Source: Acidimicrobiaceae bacterium (GTDB lineage: Bacteria > Actinomycetota > Acidimicrobiia > Acidimicrobiales > Aldehydirespiratoraceae). Taken from it: 64,000 nt of DNA. Positions 1 through 9,288 of this stretch are shown one piece after another. Position 1 is the first letter of the stretch. Each line of letters begins with the position of its first letter. A model generated the notes under the pieces. That model did no database searches and was not told where the DNA came from. It saw only the letters and a list, made by a program, of their open reading frames with translations. The translations under genes and the position numbers were made by a program. The stretch is from assembly GCA_009843735.1 (NCBI GenBank), contig VYCW01000089.1:5598-69597 (forward strand), read 5' to 3'.

Positions 1-985
1 GGACGACATGTACCCCCACAAGCGCCACGTGGCCGCGGTCGGCTTCGACCGCGACGACATGACGCTGTCGCCGATCACCTACGACGAGATGCGCCCCGGC
101 TGCTACCAGCCCGAGGCCCGGGCGGCCGACATGCTGGCAAACCACGTGGACCTCTCCCTCAGCTTCCCGACGTTCCCCCGCTTCTGCGGCCAGACCTTCC
201 ACGAGGCCGACGACCGCGAGCTCGCGCTGGCCTGCATCCACGCCTACAACGACTGGATGGTCGAGGAGTGGTGCGGGCAGAGCGGCGGGGTGCTGGTGCC
301 GCTCATCATCATCCCGCTGTGGGACGCCGAGCTGGCCGCGGCCGAGGTCCGCCGCAACGCCGAGCGGGGCTGCCGGGCGGTGTGCTTCAGCGAGATCCCG
401 GCCAAGCTGGGCCTGCCGTCGATCCACACCGGCTTCTACGAGCCGTTCATCACGGCCTGCGAGGAGACCGGCACCGTGATCTGCATGCACATCGGGTCGA
501 GCTCGCAGATGCCGCTCACCTCGGCCGACGCCCCCACCGGGGTGGCGGCCACCCTCAGCTTCAACAACGCCATGGCGTCGCTTTCGGACTGGCTGTTCTC
601 GGGCATCCTGCCCCGCCACCCCAAGCTGAAGATCGCCTACAGCGAAGGCCAGATCGGCTGGCTGCCCTACATCCTCGAGCGGGCCGACACCGTGTGGGAG
701 GAGCACCGGGCCTGGGCCGACACCAAGCGGCTGGTGCCCGAGCCCCCGTCGACGTACTGGTACCGCCACGGGTTCGGCTGCTTCTTCCGCGACCGCCACG
801 GCCTGGCCAGCCTCGACGAGGTCGGGGTGGACAACGTCACCTTCGAGACCGACTACCCCCACACCGACTCCACCTGGCCCAACACGCTGCAGGTGGCGAC
901 CGAGATGTTCGCCGGCCTCGACGACGAAACCGTCTACAAGATCGTGCGGGGCAACGCCCTGCGGATGCTCGAGCTCACCGATTGA
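1..985 (+). CDS. Amidohydrolase_2 family metal-dependent hydrolase (5' truncated by window edge)
   Basis: AYNDW, MHIG, EGQIGWLP and ETDYPH motifs; frame is open to the window start. Confidence 0.85.
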   Translation, partial: DDMYPHKRHVAAVGFDRDDMTLSPITYDEMRPGCYQPEARAADMLANHVDLSLSFPTFPRFCGQTFHEADDRELALACIHAYNDWMVEEWCGQSGGVLVPLIIIPLWDAELAAAEVRRNAERGCRAVCFSEIPAKLGLPSIHTGFYEPFITACEETGTVICMHIGSSSQMPLTSADAPTGVAATLSFNNAMASLSDWLFSGILPRHPKLKIAYSEGQIGWLPYILERADTVWEEHRAWADTKRLVPEPPSTYWYRHGFGCFFRDRHGLASLDEVGVDNVTFETDYPHTDSTWPNTLQVATEMFAGLDDETVYKIVRGNALRMLELTD

Positions 986-1047
986 CGCCGTAGGAGCGTC
1001 CCCGAATGGGTCCGACAGCCTGACGGGAGCTTTGTTATGGTGGGCGA

Positions 1048-2145
1048 ATGAACGACACCCATAAGCCTCGCAAGACCTATCGTGCCCTGCTCATCGCGAT
1101 CGCAGCGGCATTTGCCCTGATCGCCGCGGCCTGCGGCGACGACAGCGACGACACGGCCGACACCGCGCCCGCAACCACGGCCGCGCCTGAGACAACGGCC
1201 GCGCCGGAGACGACGGCCGCGCCCGAACCGGCCGCGGAAGCACCCAAGATGGCCATCATCTACTCGGCTGAGTGGAACGACGGATCCTGGGGCGAGGCTG
1301 CGTTCGACGGCGGCAACAAGCTCCTGGCCGACGGGACCATCTCCGACGTAGTGATGGTCGAGAACGTGCCTCCGGGAGCCGAGGCCGAGAGAGCGCTGCG
1401 CGACTTCGCCGAGCAGGGATACAACCCGATCGTGGCCCACTCGTTCAACTACGGCGACAACGTCAAGACCGTCGGCGCCGAGTTCCCCGACACGATCTTC
1501 GCCTACGCGGGCGGGTTCGGCGACGTGGCCGGCAATGTCGGCGACTACGACCAGCCGTTCTACGAGGCGTCCTACCTCTCGGGAATCCTGGGTGCCGGCG
1601 CCACCGACGGCGGGAACGTCGCCGGCGCGGGGGGCTTCGAGATCCCGGTCTGTGTCGGGATGTACCACGCCTACCTGGCCGGGGCCCGCGAGCTCAGGCC
1701 CGAGACCGAGGGCTCGTTCGTGGCTGTGGGCGACTGGATCGACGTGCAGTTGGCCAAGGAGGCCGCCCTCGGGCAGGCCGACGCCGGGGCGACGATGTTC
1801 GTAGGTTGCGGCCAGGGCCCGACCTTCGGGCAGATCGAGGCAGCCAACGACATCGGCGGCGTGTCCACCGGCTACGTGGGCGACATGGCCGCGCTGGGCG
1901 AGTCCGTGCTGAGCTCCTTCGTCTGGCGTCTCGACCGGGTGTTCGAGCAGATGGTTGCCGATGTGGCCGCGGGCCAGACCGAGGCCCGCTACTACTCGGT
2001 GCCCTTGGCCGACGGCGGGATGGACGTCCTGATCTCTCCCGGGGGTGAGGCGAAGATCTCCCAGGAGGCGCTCGACCTGTTCGACCAGCGACTCTCGGAG
2101 ATCCAGGACGGCAGCTTCGCCGTGCCCTTCGTAGGCGAGAACTGA
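1048..2145 (+). CDS. BMP/PnrA-family ABC substrate-binding lipoprotein (purine/nucleoside type)
   Basis: Lipobox IAAAC, TTAAPE linker, WNDGSW and GYNPIVAHSF motifs; TATGGT 6 nt upstream of ATG. Confidence 0.85.
   Translation: MNDTHKPRKTYRALLIAIAAAFALIAAACGDDSDDTADTAPATTAAPETTAAPETTAAPEPAAEAPKMAIIYSAEWNDGSWGEAAFDGGNKLLADGTISDVVMVENVPPGAEAERALRDFAEQGYNPIVAHSFNYGDNVKTVGAEFPDTIFAYAGGFGDVAGNVGDYDQPFYEASYLSGILGAGATDGGNVAGAGGFEIPVCVGMYHAYLAGARELRPETEGSFVAVGDWIDVQLAKEAALGQADAGATMFVGCGQGPTFGQIEAANDIGGVSTGYVGDMAALGESVLSSFVWRLDRVFEQMVADVAAGQTEARYYSVPLADGGMDVLISPGGEAKISQEALDLFDQRLSEIQDGSFAVPFVGEN
1174..1227 (+). repeat. 3 x 18-bp coding tandem repeat (TTAAPE)
   Basis: accacggccgcgcctgag / acaacggccgcgccggag / acgacggccgcgcccgaa. 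Confidence 0.8.
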
Positions 2146-2180
2146 GCCCACAGGCTCAGCCAGCTCCGGCCGAAGCCCAC

Positions 2181-3722
2181 TTGGACCAGTCACAGCCGCC
2201 AGAACAAGTTCCAGCCGCCGTGATGCGGTCGGTGTCACGCCGCTTCGGCGAGACGGTCGCGCTGGACGGGGTGGACTTTGAGGCGCGCCCCGGCGAGATA
2301 CACGCGCTGCTCGGAGCCAACGGGGCGGGCAAGACGACGCTCATGCGGATACTGGCCGGCCTCGACAGCCCCGACGCCGGGACGGTCGAGGTGTTCGGCC
2401 AGCGCATAGAGCACTTCGAGCCCGGACCCATACGGGCGCTCGGAGTGGCGCTGGTTCAGCAGCACTTCACGCTGGTCCCCACCCTGACCGCGTCCGAGAA
2501 CCTGGTGCTGGCCCGGCCCGAGGGAGCGCTCCTGCCCCCGGGCCGCACTGCCGGTGCGCGGGTCCGGAGACTGGTCGAGCAGTTCGGCCTCGAAGTACGC
2601 GACGGTGTGCCCGCCTCGCAGCTGTCGGTGGGCGAGCGGCAGCGGCTCGAGATCCTGCGGGCTCTCGACGCCGACGCCAAGATCCTGCTGCTGGACGAGC
2701 CGACCGCAGTGCTGACCGACGTTGAGGCCGAACGGCTTCTCGGCGTGGCCCGGGCCCTCGCCGACCAGGGCCGGGCCCTGGTGGTGATCACCCACCGCCT
2801 CGCCGAGGTCGAGGCCTGCGACCGGGTGACGGTGCTGCGGGAGGGGATCGAGGCGATAAGCGACGGCGCGGTCGGCGGTTACACCCGGGCCGATCTGGCC
2901 TCGGCCATGATCGGCACCGACACGTCTGGAACGATCACGGCACGGACCACCCGCCGAACCGAGGCCGGCCCGGTGTGCCTGCGGGTCCGGGACGTGTCGC
3001 TGGGGCGGGTGTCGAGCCTGTCCCTGGACATCGGCGAGGGCGAGATCGTGGGTATCGCTGGCGTCGACGGCAACGGCCAGTCCGAACTCGAGGCGGCCCT
3101 GTCGGGCAGGAGCGCAGCCGAGTCGGGCGAGGTTTCCATCAGCGGAGAATCGATCGCGGCCGGAGACCCGCGGTCCCGCCGGGCCCAGGGCCTGGCGTAC
3201 ATCCCCTCGGACCGATATTCGTGGGGCCTGATCGGACCGATGGACCTCTCCGACAACCTCGAACTGGGCCGGGTCCTCCCCATCCGGCCGAACCGACCCG
3301 CCCGCCACAAGGCGGCCCGCCCGTCACTGGACCACTGGGATGTGCGCACGGCCGGGCCGCACGCCAAGACGAGCTCGCTGTCGGGCGGCAACGCCCAGAA
3401 GCTGGTCCTGGCCCGGGAGCTGGACGAGCACCCCAGCGCGGTGCTGGCGTGCTACCCGACACGGGGCCTCGATCCCGAGGCGGCCGACACGGTGGCCACC
3501 CGTCTCGTGGCCGCAGCCGAAGCCGGCTGCGCAGTGCTGTGGATCGGGGCCGAACTCGACGAACTGCTGGCTGTGTCCGACCGGATCGAGGTCCTCTACG
3601 ACGGCACGCTGTTCGGACCCTACCTGCCGCCCTTCGACCGGGCCGCCATCGGCCTGGCCATGGCCGGCGACGCGGCCGACAGGGCCCGCACGGCAACCGG
3701 CGGGGAGCCGGGACCGCCATGA
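2181..3722 (+). CDS. CUT2-type ABC transporter ATP-binding protein (two NBDs)
   Basis: Walker A GANGAGKTT, LLDEPT, second signature LSGGNAQK, PTRGLD. Confidence 0.9.
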   Translation: MDQSQPPEQVPAAVMRSVSRRFGETVALDGVDFEARPGEIHALLGANGAGKTTLMRILAGLDSPDAGTVEVFGQRIEHFEPGPIRALGVALVQQHFTLVPTLTASENLVLARPEGALLPPGRTAGARVRRLVEQFGLEVRDGVPASQLSVGERQRLEILRALDADAKILLLDEPTAVLTDVEAERLLGVARALADQGRALVVITHRLAEVEACDRVTVLREGIEAISDGAVGGYTRADLASAMIGTDTSGTITARTTRRTEAGPVCLRVRDVSLGRVSSLSLDIGEGEIVGIAGVDGNGQSELEAALSGRSAAESGEVSISGESIAAGDPRSRRAQGLAYIPSDRYSWGLIGPMDLSDNLELGRVLPIRPNRPARHKAARPSLDHWDVRTAGPHAKTSSLSGGNAQKLVLARELDEHPSAVLACYPTRGLDPEAADTVATRLVAAAEAGCAVLWIGAELDELLAVSDRIEVLYDGTLFGPYLPPFDRAAIGLAMAGDAADRARTATGGEPGPP

Positions 3723-3753
3723 CCACGGTCGCCCGCACCGCCCGGCCACCGCG

Positions 3754-4890
3754 ATGACCGACTCCGACACGCGCCAGCCCGCTCCGTCGGTGACCCCCTC
3801 ACCGAAGTCGACCTGGCCCCCGAAGCTCGACGGCTGGCTGGACGCAGTAGCCCGCCGGGCCACAGCCGAGGGGATCCTGTCGTCAATCCTGGTGCCCCTG
3901 GTCTCCGCGCTGGCTGCGCTGGTCGTGGGCGGTGTGCTGATAGCCATCGACGGCGTCAACCCGCTGTCGGTGTATGGCGCCATCCTTCAAGGGGTATTCA
4001 CCAAGTCGAGGGGGTTCAGCTACACGGCCACGGTGGCGACGCCTCTGGTGCTGATCGGCGTGGGCTACGCGCTGGCTTACCGGGCCCGGGTGTTCACCAT
4101 CGGAGGCGAGGGACAGTACCTCGTGGGTGCGGTGGCGGGCACGGCCGTAGTGACCGCGGGCGGCGTCGGCGACCTTCCCCGAGTGGTGCTCATCGTGGTG
4201 GGCCTCGGTGCGGCCATCGTGGCCGGCGCGCTGTGGGGAGGGCTGGCGGGAGTGCTGGCCAACCGGTTCGGGGCGAGCATCGTGATCTCCACGCTGATGC
4301 TGAGCTTCATCGGCGACAGCCTCCTGCAGTGGGCGGTCCGCGACGGCATCCGCGACCCGGATTCCTACAACGCCAACAGCCGGCCTATCTCGGCGGCCGC
4401 GCTGCCCAGCTTCTTCGGACAAAAGACCCACCTCGGCTTCCTGTTCGCGCTGGTGCTGGTGCCCATCGCGTGGTGGCTCATCCGGCGGCACCGCTGGGGA
4501 TTCAGGATCGACGCCCGCGGCCACAATCCGGGAACGCTCAACGCCAACGAGTTCTCCTCGGCCAGGGTCACGCTCAGCGTCCTGGTCGTGGCCGGCGGCC
4601 TCGCGGGCCTTGCCGGGATGGTCGAGACCACTGGCGTGAACGTGCGCCTGGGTCAGGAGGCCTCGGTGGGCTACGGCTGGGACGCGATCATCGTGGCGCT
4701 GATCGGCCGCCTCCATCCTCTCGGGGTGCTGGTCGCGGGGCTGGGCATGGCCGGGCTCACCATCGGCTTCGAGTCGGCCCAGCGCCAGTTCGAGCTGCCC
4801 TCGTCGCTGGTGTCGCTCATCACGGCGTTCGTCATCATCTTCGTGGTGTGGGGAGACGCCATCGCGGCCCGCTGGAAAGAGTCCCGCTGA
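3754..4890 (+). CDS. Nucleoside-type ABC permease (BPD_transp_2)
   Basis: TIGGEGQ, GGLAGLAG and GYGWDAIIVALIG motifs; multiple TM helices; start reassigned to ATG 3754. Confidence 0.85.
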   Translation: MTDSDTRQPAPSVTPSPKSTWPPKLDGWLDAVARRATAEGILSSILVPLVSALAALVVGGVLIAIDGVNPLSVYGAILQGVFTKSRGFSYTATVATPLVLIGVGYALAYRARVFTIGGEGQYLVGAVAGTAVVTAGGVGDLPRVVLIVVGLGAAIVAGALWGGLAGVLANRFGASIVISTLMLSFIGDSLLQWAVRDGIRDPDSYNANSRPISAAALPSFFGQKTHLGFLFALVLVPIAWWLIRRHRWGFRIDARGHNPGTLNANEFSSARVTLSVLVVAGGLAGLAGMVETTGVNVRLGQEASVGYGWDAIIVALIGRLHPLGVLVAGLGMAGLTIGFESAQRQFELPSSLVSLITAFVIIFVVWGDAIAARWKESR

Positions 4891-5762
4891 TGGACACGCT
4901 GTTCAGCATCGCCACCGTCGAGGCCGGCATCCGGCTGGGCCTGCCCGTCGCCCTCGCTGCGCTGGGCGCCATCATCAACGAGCGCAGCGGCGTGCTCAAC
5001 CTCGGGCTCGAGGGGATGATGCTCTCCGGCGCTCTTGGGGGCTACATCGTGAACGACGCCACCGGTTCCCCCTGGATCGGCCTGCTCGCCGGTCTGCTGG
5101 TGGGCGCGTTGACCGGCGGCGTCTTCGCCGGCTTGGTCGTGACCTTCCGGACCAGTCAGGTGGTCACCGGGATCGCCTTCACCATCGTGGCCATCGCCGC
5201 CACCACCTACCTGTTCCAGCTGCGCTGGGACATCGGCGAGCTGCCCCCGCGGGTGGAGCGGCTGGGCATGTGGCCCCTGGTCGCGCTGACCCTGGTGTGC
5301 GTGGCGGGCGTCTGGTTCCTGTTCCGCCGCACGACGCTGGGGCTGACGATCAGCGCGGTCGGGGAGTCCCCCGAGTCGGCCGACGCTCTGGGCTACAACG
5401 TGGTCCTTATCCGCTGGATGGCGACCATCGCCGGGGGCGCCCTCGCCGGACTGGGCGGCGCGGTGCTAGTCAACGGGCCGCTGGGGCTGTTCATCGAGGA
5501 GGTCACCGCGGGCCGGGGCTGGGTGGCCCTGGCGCTGGTGGTGTTCGCGGGATGGCGGCCGGTTCCTGCGGTGGCCGGCGCCTTCCTGTTCGGGCTGTGC
5601 GACGCGGCCCAACTGCGCCTCCAGGGGACGGCCACGGAAGTGCCCTACGAGGTGTTCCTGGCGCTGCCCTATGTGGTGACGCTGATCGCGCTGGTGGTGA
5701 GGGCCCGGCGCAGCCACACCCCCGCCGCCCTCGGCGATCCCTACGTTCGGGGAGCCAGCTGA
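4890..5762 (+). CDS. Nucleoside-type ABC permease
   Basis: ERSGVLNLGLEGMM, AVGESP, GRGWVALA and LPYVVT motifs; TGATG overlap with the preceding gene. Confidence 0.9.
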   Translation: MDTLFSIATVEAGIRLGLPVALAALGAIINERSGVLNLGLEGMMLSGALGGYIVNDATGSPWIGLLAGLLVGALTGGVFAGLVVTFRTSQVVTGIAFTIVAIAATTYLFQLRWDIGELPPRVERLGMWPLVALTLVCVAGVWFLFRRTTLGLTISAVGESPESADALGYNVVLIRWMATIAGGALAGLGGAVLVNGPLGLFIEEVTAGRGWVALALVVFAGWRPVPAVAGAFLFGLCDAAQLRLQGTATEVPYEVFLALPYVVTLIALVVRARRSHTPAALGDPYVRGAS

Positions 5763-5781
5763 GAAGTAGTCGCCAAGCCCG

Positions 5782-6426
5782 CTACGCCTGGGCCGGCGCC
5801 GCGAAGAAGACTCCAGGCATCGGGGTGAAGCCGTCGATGCGCTTGACCCGGTCGGTCCAGCGGTGCAGGGCCGGGTAGTCCTGCCTGCTGACGCCGCCCT
5901 CCTCCGACAGGATCACGTCGGGGAACAGGGCCAGGTCGGCGATGGTGGGATGGTCGGTGGGGACCAGCCAGTCGTAGCCCTCCTGCTCGGCGAACCAGAG
6001 GTGCTCGTCGGCCACCCGGAACAGCCGGTGGGCGCCGGCGCGGACCGCGTCGATGTCGAAGTCGTAGTGCAGCGAGTCATGCAGCCGGGCGGCCGAGGCG
6101 GTGCTGGTGGTGCCCTCGCAGAACAGCAGCCACTGGGCCGTCTTGGCCAGCAGTTCGGGGTCGCTGGTGGGATACCACCGGCCGCTCGGGTCGTACCTGG
6201 CCGCCAGGTAGATCAGGATGGCATGGGCGTCGCGCACCATGAAGCCGTCGTCGTCGAGCACCGGGATGTGCCCCAGCGGGTTGATCTCCAGGAAGGCCTC
6301 GGACTTGTGCTCCATGCCCGGGAAGAACTCGATGGTGATCGCCTCGTAGTCGAGGCCGAGGATGCTGAGGAACAGGCGCTGCTTGTAGCAGTTGGCCGAC
6401 AGCTCGTAGTTGTAGAGCTTGATCAC
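5782..6426 (-). CDS. ndmE: Glutathione S-transferase-like protein, NdmE-like
   Basis: MIKLYNYELSANCYK, NPLGHIPVL, SAARLHDSLHYDFD and SEEGGVSR resemble Pseudomonas NdmE as recalled; third gene of a coupled trio. Confidence 0.75.
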   Translation of the reverse strand: MIKLYNYELSANCYKQRLFLSILGLDYEAITIEFFPGMEHKSEAFLEINPLGHIPVLDDDGFMVRDAHAILIYLAARYDPSGRWYPTSDPELLAKTAQWLLFCEGTTSTASAARLHDSLHYDFDIDAVRAGAHRLFRVADEHLWFAEQEGYDWLVPTDHPTIADLALFPDVILSEEGGVSRQDYPALHRWTDRVKRIDGFTPMPGVFFAAPAQA

Positions 6427-6436
6427 CGCGTCCTCC

Positions 6437-8239
6437 CTAGAGATCCAGCACGAGGCGATCGGAGGTCGCCCGGGACACGCAGGTGAGCATCCGGTCGCCG
6501 GCCGCCCGCTCCGAGCGGCTCAGATAGACGTCCTGGTGGAGGATGTCGCCCTCCAGCACCGACGCCAGGCAGGTGCCGCACGCGCCCTGCTCGCATGACG
6601 ACGGCATGTCTATGTCGTGCGCCCTCAGCGCTTCGAGCACGGTCTGGGCGGGCTCGACCCGAAGCGTCAGCCCGGAGCGGGCCAGCGCCACGTCGAACGC
6701 GGTGGAGTCGTCGATCTCGGTGGGGTTGGCGAAGTACTCGAAGTGCACCGACTCCTCGGGCCAGCCGAGTTCGTCGGCGATCCTGGTGGTGGCCTCGATC
6801 ATCGGCGCGGGCCCGCACACGTACATCTGGGCCGAGAGGGTGTGCTCGCCCAGGATCCGCTCGATCTCGGTGGCCGTCTGCTGCGGTGAGAGCCCAAGAT
6901 GCTCGACGACGGCGTCACCGAGCGACGACACCAGCTCATCGAACGGCAGGAACCGGCGGTCCCGGACGAAGACGTGCATCTCGAAGGCGAGACCGGACTG
7001 GCGCAGCGTCTGGGCCATCGACAGCAGCGGGGTGATCCCGATCCCGCCGGCCAGCAGCACGGTGCGTTCGGACGCCCGGCTGAGGGTGAAGTTGTTGCGG
7101 GGCTCCGAGATGGCCAGCACGTCACCCTCGCGGACCGTCTCGTGGAGGCACACCGACCCGCCGCCCGACTCCGGCTCGAGTTTCACCCCGATGCGGTAGC
7201 AGCCAGACTCGCCGGGCCCGTTGGTCAGCGAGTACTGGCGGACCAGACCGTTGGGCAGGTGGACGTCGATGTGGGCCCCGGCCTGGAATCCGGGGAGCGG
7301 CGAGTCGATCGACTCCAACTCGAAGCCGGCCACATCGGCGGCTACGGACCATTTGCGGGCGACCCGGACACGCAGCGGCGCCCTCCGGCCCGCGCCCAGC
7401 TCGGGCATGCCGGACAACTCCACGCTCACCGGCGCGATCTCCACCTGGATCGGCTCCGGCATCGGTTCGAGCGCGGCCTGATCCTCGACGCGGTCGCGCA
7501 GCCGGCTCAGCAGGTGATTGTGGTGCCGGAGCACAGCGAGACGAGACCCATCCGGCGGCCGTGCGTCGAGCACGCCCCGGATCACGCTGCGGTGGGCGTC
7601 GACGGGCTGGACCCACAGCACGACATGGGTCTCATCGTCTCCGTCGGTGGCTCGCAGAATGATCCGCAGGTCGTCCCGCTCGACGGTGGCCACATCCCAG
7701 CCGCCCTCCGGGGATCGGTACGAGCGCCAGTCGGCCTCGGCAGCAGGGCGCTGCGTCACCGCCGCGGACGGCTGGAACCGGTAGCCGGCCAGCGCATCGG
7801 CCACCTTCGAGGGCGGCGCGTTCACAACGATGGGGCGCAGCGGCGTGAGAGCGCCCGCCTCCAGCAGGTCCACGGCCGGCGGACCGGCCTGTCCGGAGTC
7901 TTGGGGCTCGACGGAGCCCCACACCAGGCCGTAGCGCTCGGCCACCGGGTAGGTGCGGTTGCAGACCGAGCGGGCCGGGGCGTCGGCGGGATGCGCGGGG
8001 ATGTAAGTACAGCTGGCGGTGCGGTTGGCGTAGCGCCATCCGTGGTAGCGGCACATGAGCTCGGCGCCGTCGTTGATGCCCAGAGTCAGCCGGCTTCCCC
8101 GGTGCAGGCAGCGGTTCTCCCAGAGGTTGACGGCGTCGTCGTCAGCCCGCCAGGCGACCAGCTCGCGGCCCAATATCTGAGCGTGGTATGTGGTGCGGTA
8201 GGTCAGGTCGGCCGAGGACGCGACCGGATGCCACGTCAC
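6437..8239 (-). CDS. ndmD: Rieske-domain-fused PDR/VanB-type reductase, NdmD-like
   Basis: N-terminal Rieske CLH...CRYH; RQYSL (FMN), GGIGITP and CGP (NADH); C-terminal CEQGACGTC...C ferredoxin; GTG start overlaps the upstream stop (GTGA). Confidence 0.8.
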   Translation of the reverse strand: MTWHPVASSADLTYRTTYHAQILGRELVAWRADDDAVNLWENRCLHRGSRLTLGINDGAELMCRYHGWRYANRTASCTYIPAHPADAPARSVCNRTYPVAERYGLVWGSVEPQDSGQAGPPAVDLLEAGALTPLRPIVVNAPPSKVADALAGYRFQPSAAVTQRPAAEADWRSYRSPEGGWDVATVERDDLRIILRATDGDDETHVVLWVQPVDAHRSVIRGVLDARPPDGSRLAVLRHHNHLLSRLRDRVEDQAALEPMPEPIQVEIAPVSVELSGMPELGAGRRAPLRVRVARKWSVAADVAGFELESIDSPLPGFQAGAHIDVHLPNGLVRQYSLTNGPGESGCYRIGVKLEPESGGGSVCLHETVREGDVLAISEPRNNFTLSRASERTVLLAGGIGITPLLSMAQTLRQSGLAFEMHVFVRDRRFLPFDELVSSLGDAVVEHLGLSPQQTATEIERILGEHTLSAQMYVCGPAPMIEATTRIADELGWPEESVHFEYFANPTEIDDSTAFDVALARSGLTLRVEPAQTVLEALRAHDIDMPSSCEQGACGTCLASVLEGDILHQDVYLSRSERAAGDRMLTCVSRATSDRLVLDL

Positions 8240-9144
8240 GCGGCCTCCGGAATGACGCCGTAGGTGATGCCGAGGTCCGACAGCCACCGCCGGTACGTGA
8301 TCGAGGACTTGTCGGCCCGGATCGGCGTCTCGGCCCGGGGGGCGAGGGGAAGACGCCGGGGCATCTGGTTCTCGATGATCGGCTTGTCCTGCCCGAAGAT
8401 CTTCTGCTGGAAGATCTTCAGCTCGGAGTCGGTGTTGGTGTGGTCGACCATGCACAGGAAGTTGTGGGCCACGATCTGCTCCTCGGTCACCGCCTGAACG
8501 AAGATGGCGATGGCGTCCAGGCGGCTGGGGTCGGGCGGCGCCGTCTTGTAGAGCATGGCCACGTAGGGATGCGGCACCCGGTAGGTGTACTCGGTCATCT
8601 GGCCCTTGGTGGCGGCCAGCGCCGCGAGCGGTTGGTAGAAGAGGCAGCGGGTGGCCAGGACCTCGTTGTCCTCGGTGATGTCGACGTCGTACTCGACCAC
8701 CTCGGTGTGGGGCTCGACACCGAGGATGCCGGTGTGAACGTACGGGAAGTGGCCCATGTCCAGGAAGTTCTCCACGGCCCGGGGCGCCGAGGTGTGCACC
8801 CCGATCGAGGCGGCCGCGAAGGTGCGGCGGTCGGATTCGTCGAACTCGGGGATGGAGAACAGCCGGTCGGGCGGGTCTCCGTACGAGGTCCAGACGAAGC
8901 AGAACCGGTCGATGACGGGAAGGCGTTCGGTGATCCGGGCTGCGTCGACGGGCATGCCTGGCCGGAGCGCCGGATCGGTTCGCCACGCGACGGGCTGACC
9001 GTCACCGTCGAGGGTGTAGCTCACTGAGTCGCCGAGTAGTCGGGTGGTGTGGACCCGGCCCGGCTTGATCTCGGCCGCGGCCGAGATCGGATGCCACATG
9101 TTCAGGACCACTGGATCGGTACACGGACTCGCTGCTATGGCCAC
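8236..9144 (-). CDS. ndmC: Rieske-less non-heme iron oxygenase, NdmC-like (7-methylxanthine N-demethylase-like)
   Basis: ENFLDMGHFPYVH iron motif, IFGQD, RAD...YRRWL; lacks the CxH/CxxH Rieske ligands. Confidence 0.75.
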   Translation of the reverse strand: MAIAASPCTDPVVLNMWHPISAAAEIKPGRVHTTRLLGDSVSYTLDGDGQPVAWRTDPALRPGMPVDAARITERLPVIDRFCFVWTSYGDPPDRLFSIPEFDESDRRTFAAASIGVHTSAPRAVENFLDMGHFPYVHTGILGVEPHTEVVEYDVDITEDNEVLATRCLFYQPLAALAATKGQMTEYTYRVPHPYVAMLYKTAPPDPSRLDAIAIFVQAVTEEQIVAHNFLCMVDHTNTDSELKIFQQKIFGQDKPIIENQMPRRLPLAPRAETPIRADKSSITYRRWLSDLGITYGVIPEAA

Positions 9145-9288
9145 GGCTCTGCCTCCGGAGGTTCTGATCGCACGAGACCCAGACTACGTACGGGGCGTCG
9201 GTTGAGTCTCGCCGAGGGGTCCCGGTGAGTATCCCACACCGGCTGCTGCGGCTAGTCTCGCCGCGGCCGCCGGATAGGAGCACGGGCG

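Noticed and set aside
8240-8986. N-terminal extension of the 849-aa reductase ORF
   Set aside because: Overlaps the ndmC-like gene in another frame; the likely start is GTG 8239.
9145-9288. Purine/xanthine riboswitch upstream of the ndmC-like gene
   Set aside because: A hairpin (ccggtg...caccgg) and a duplicated agtctcgcc are present, but I could not match a known aptamer consensus.
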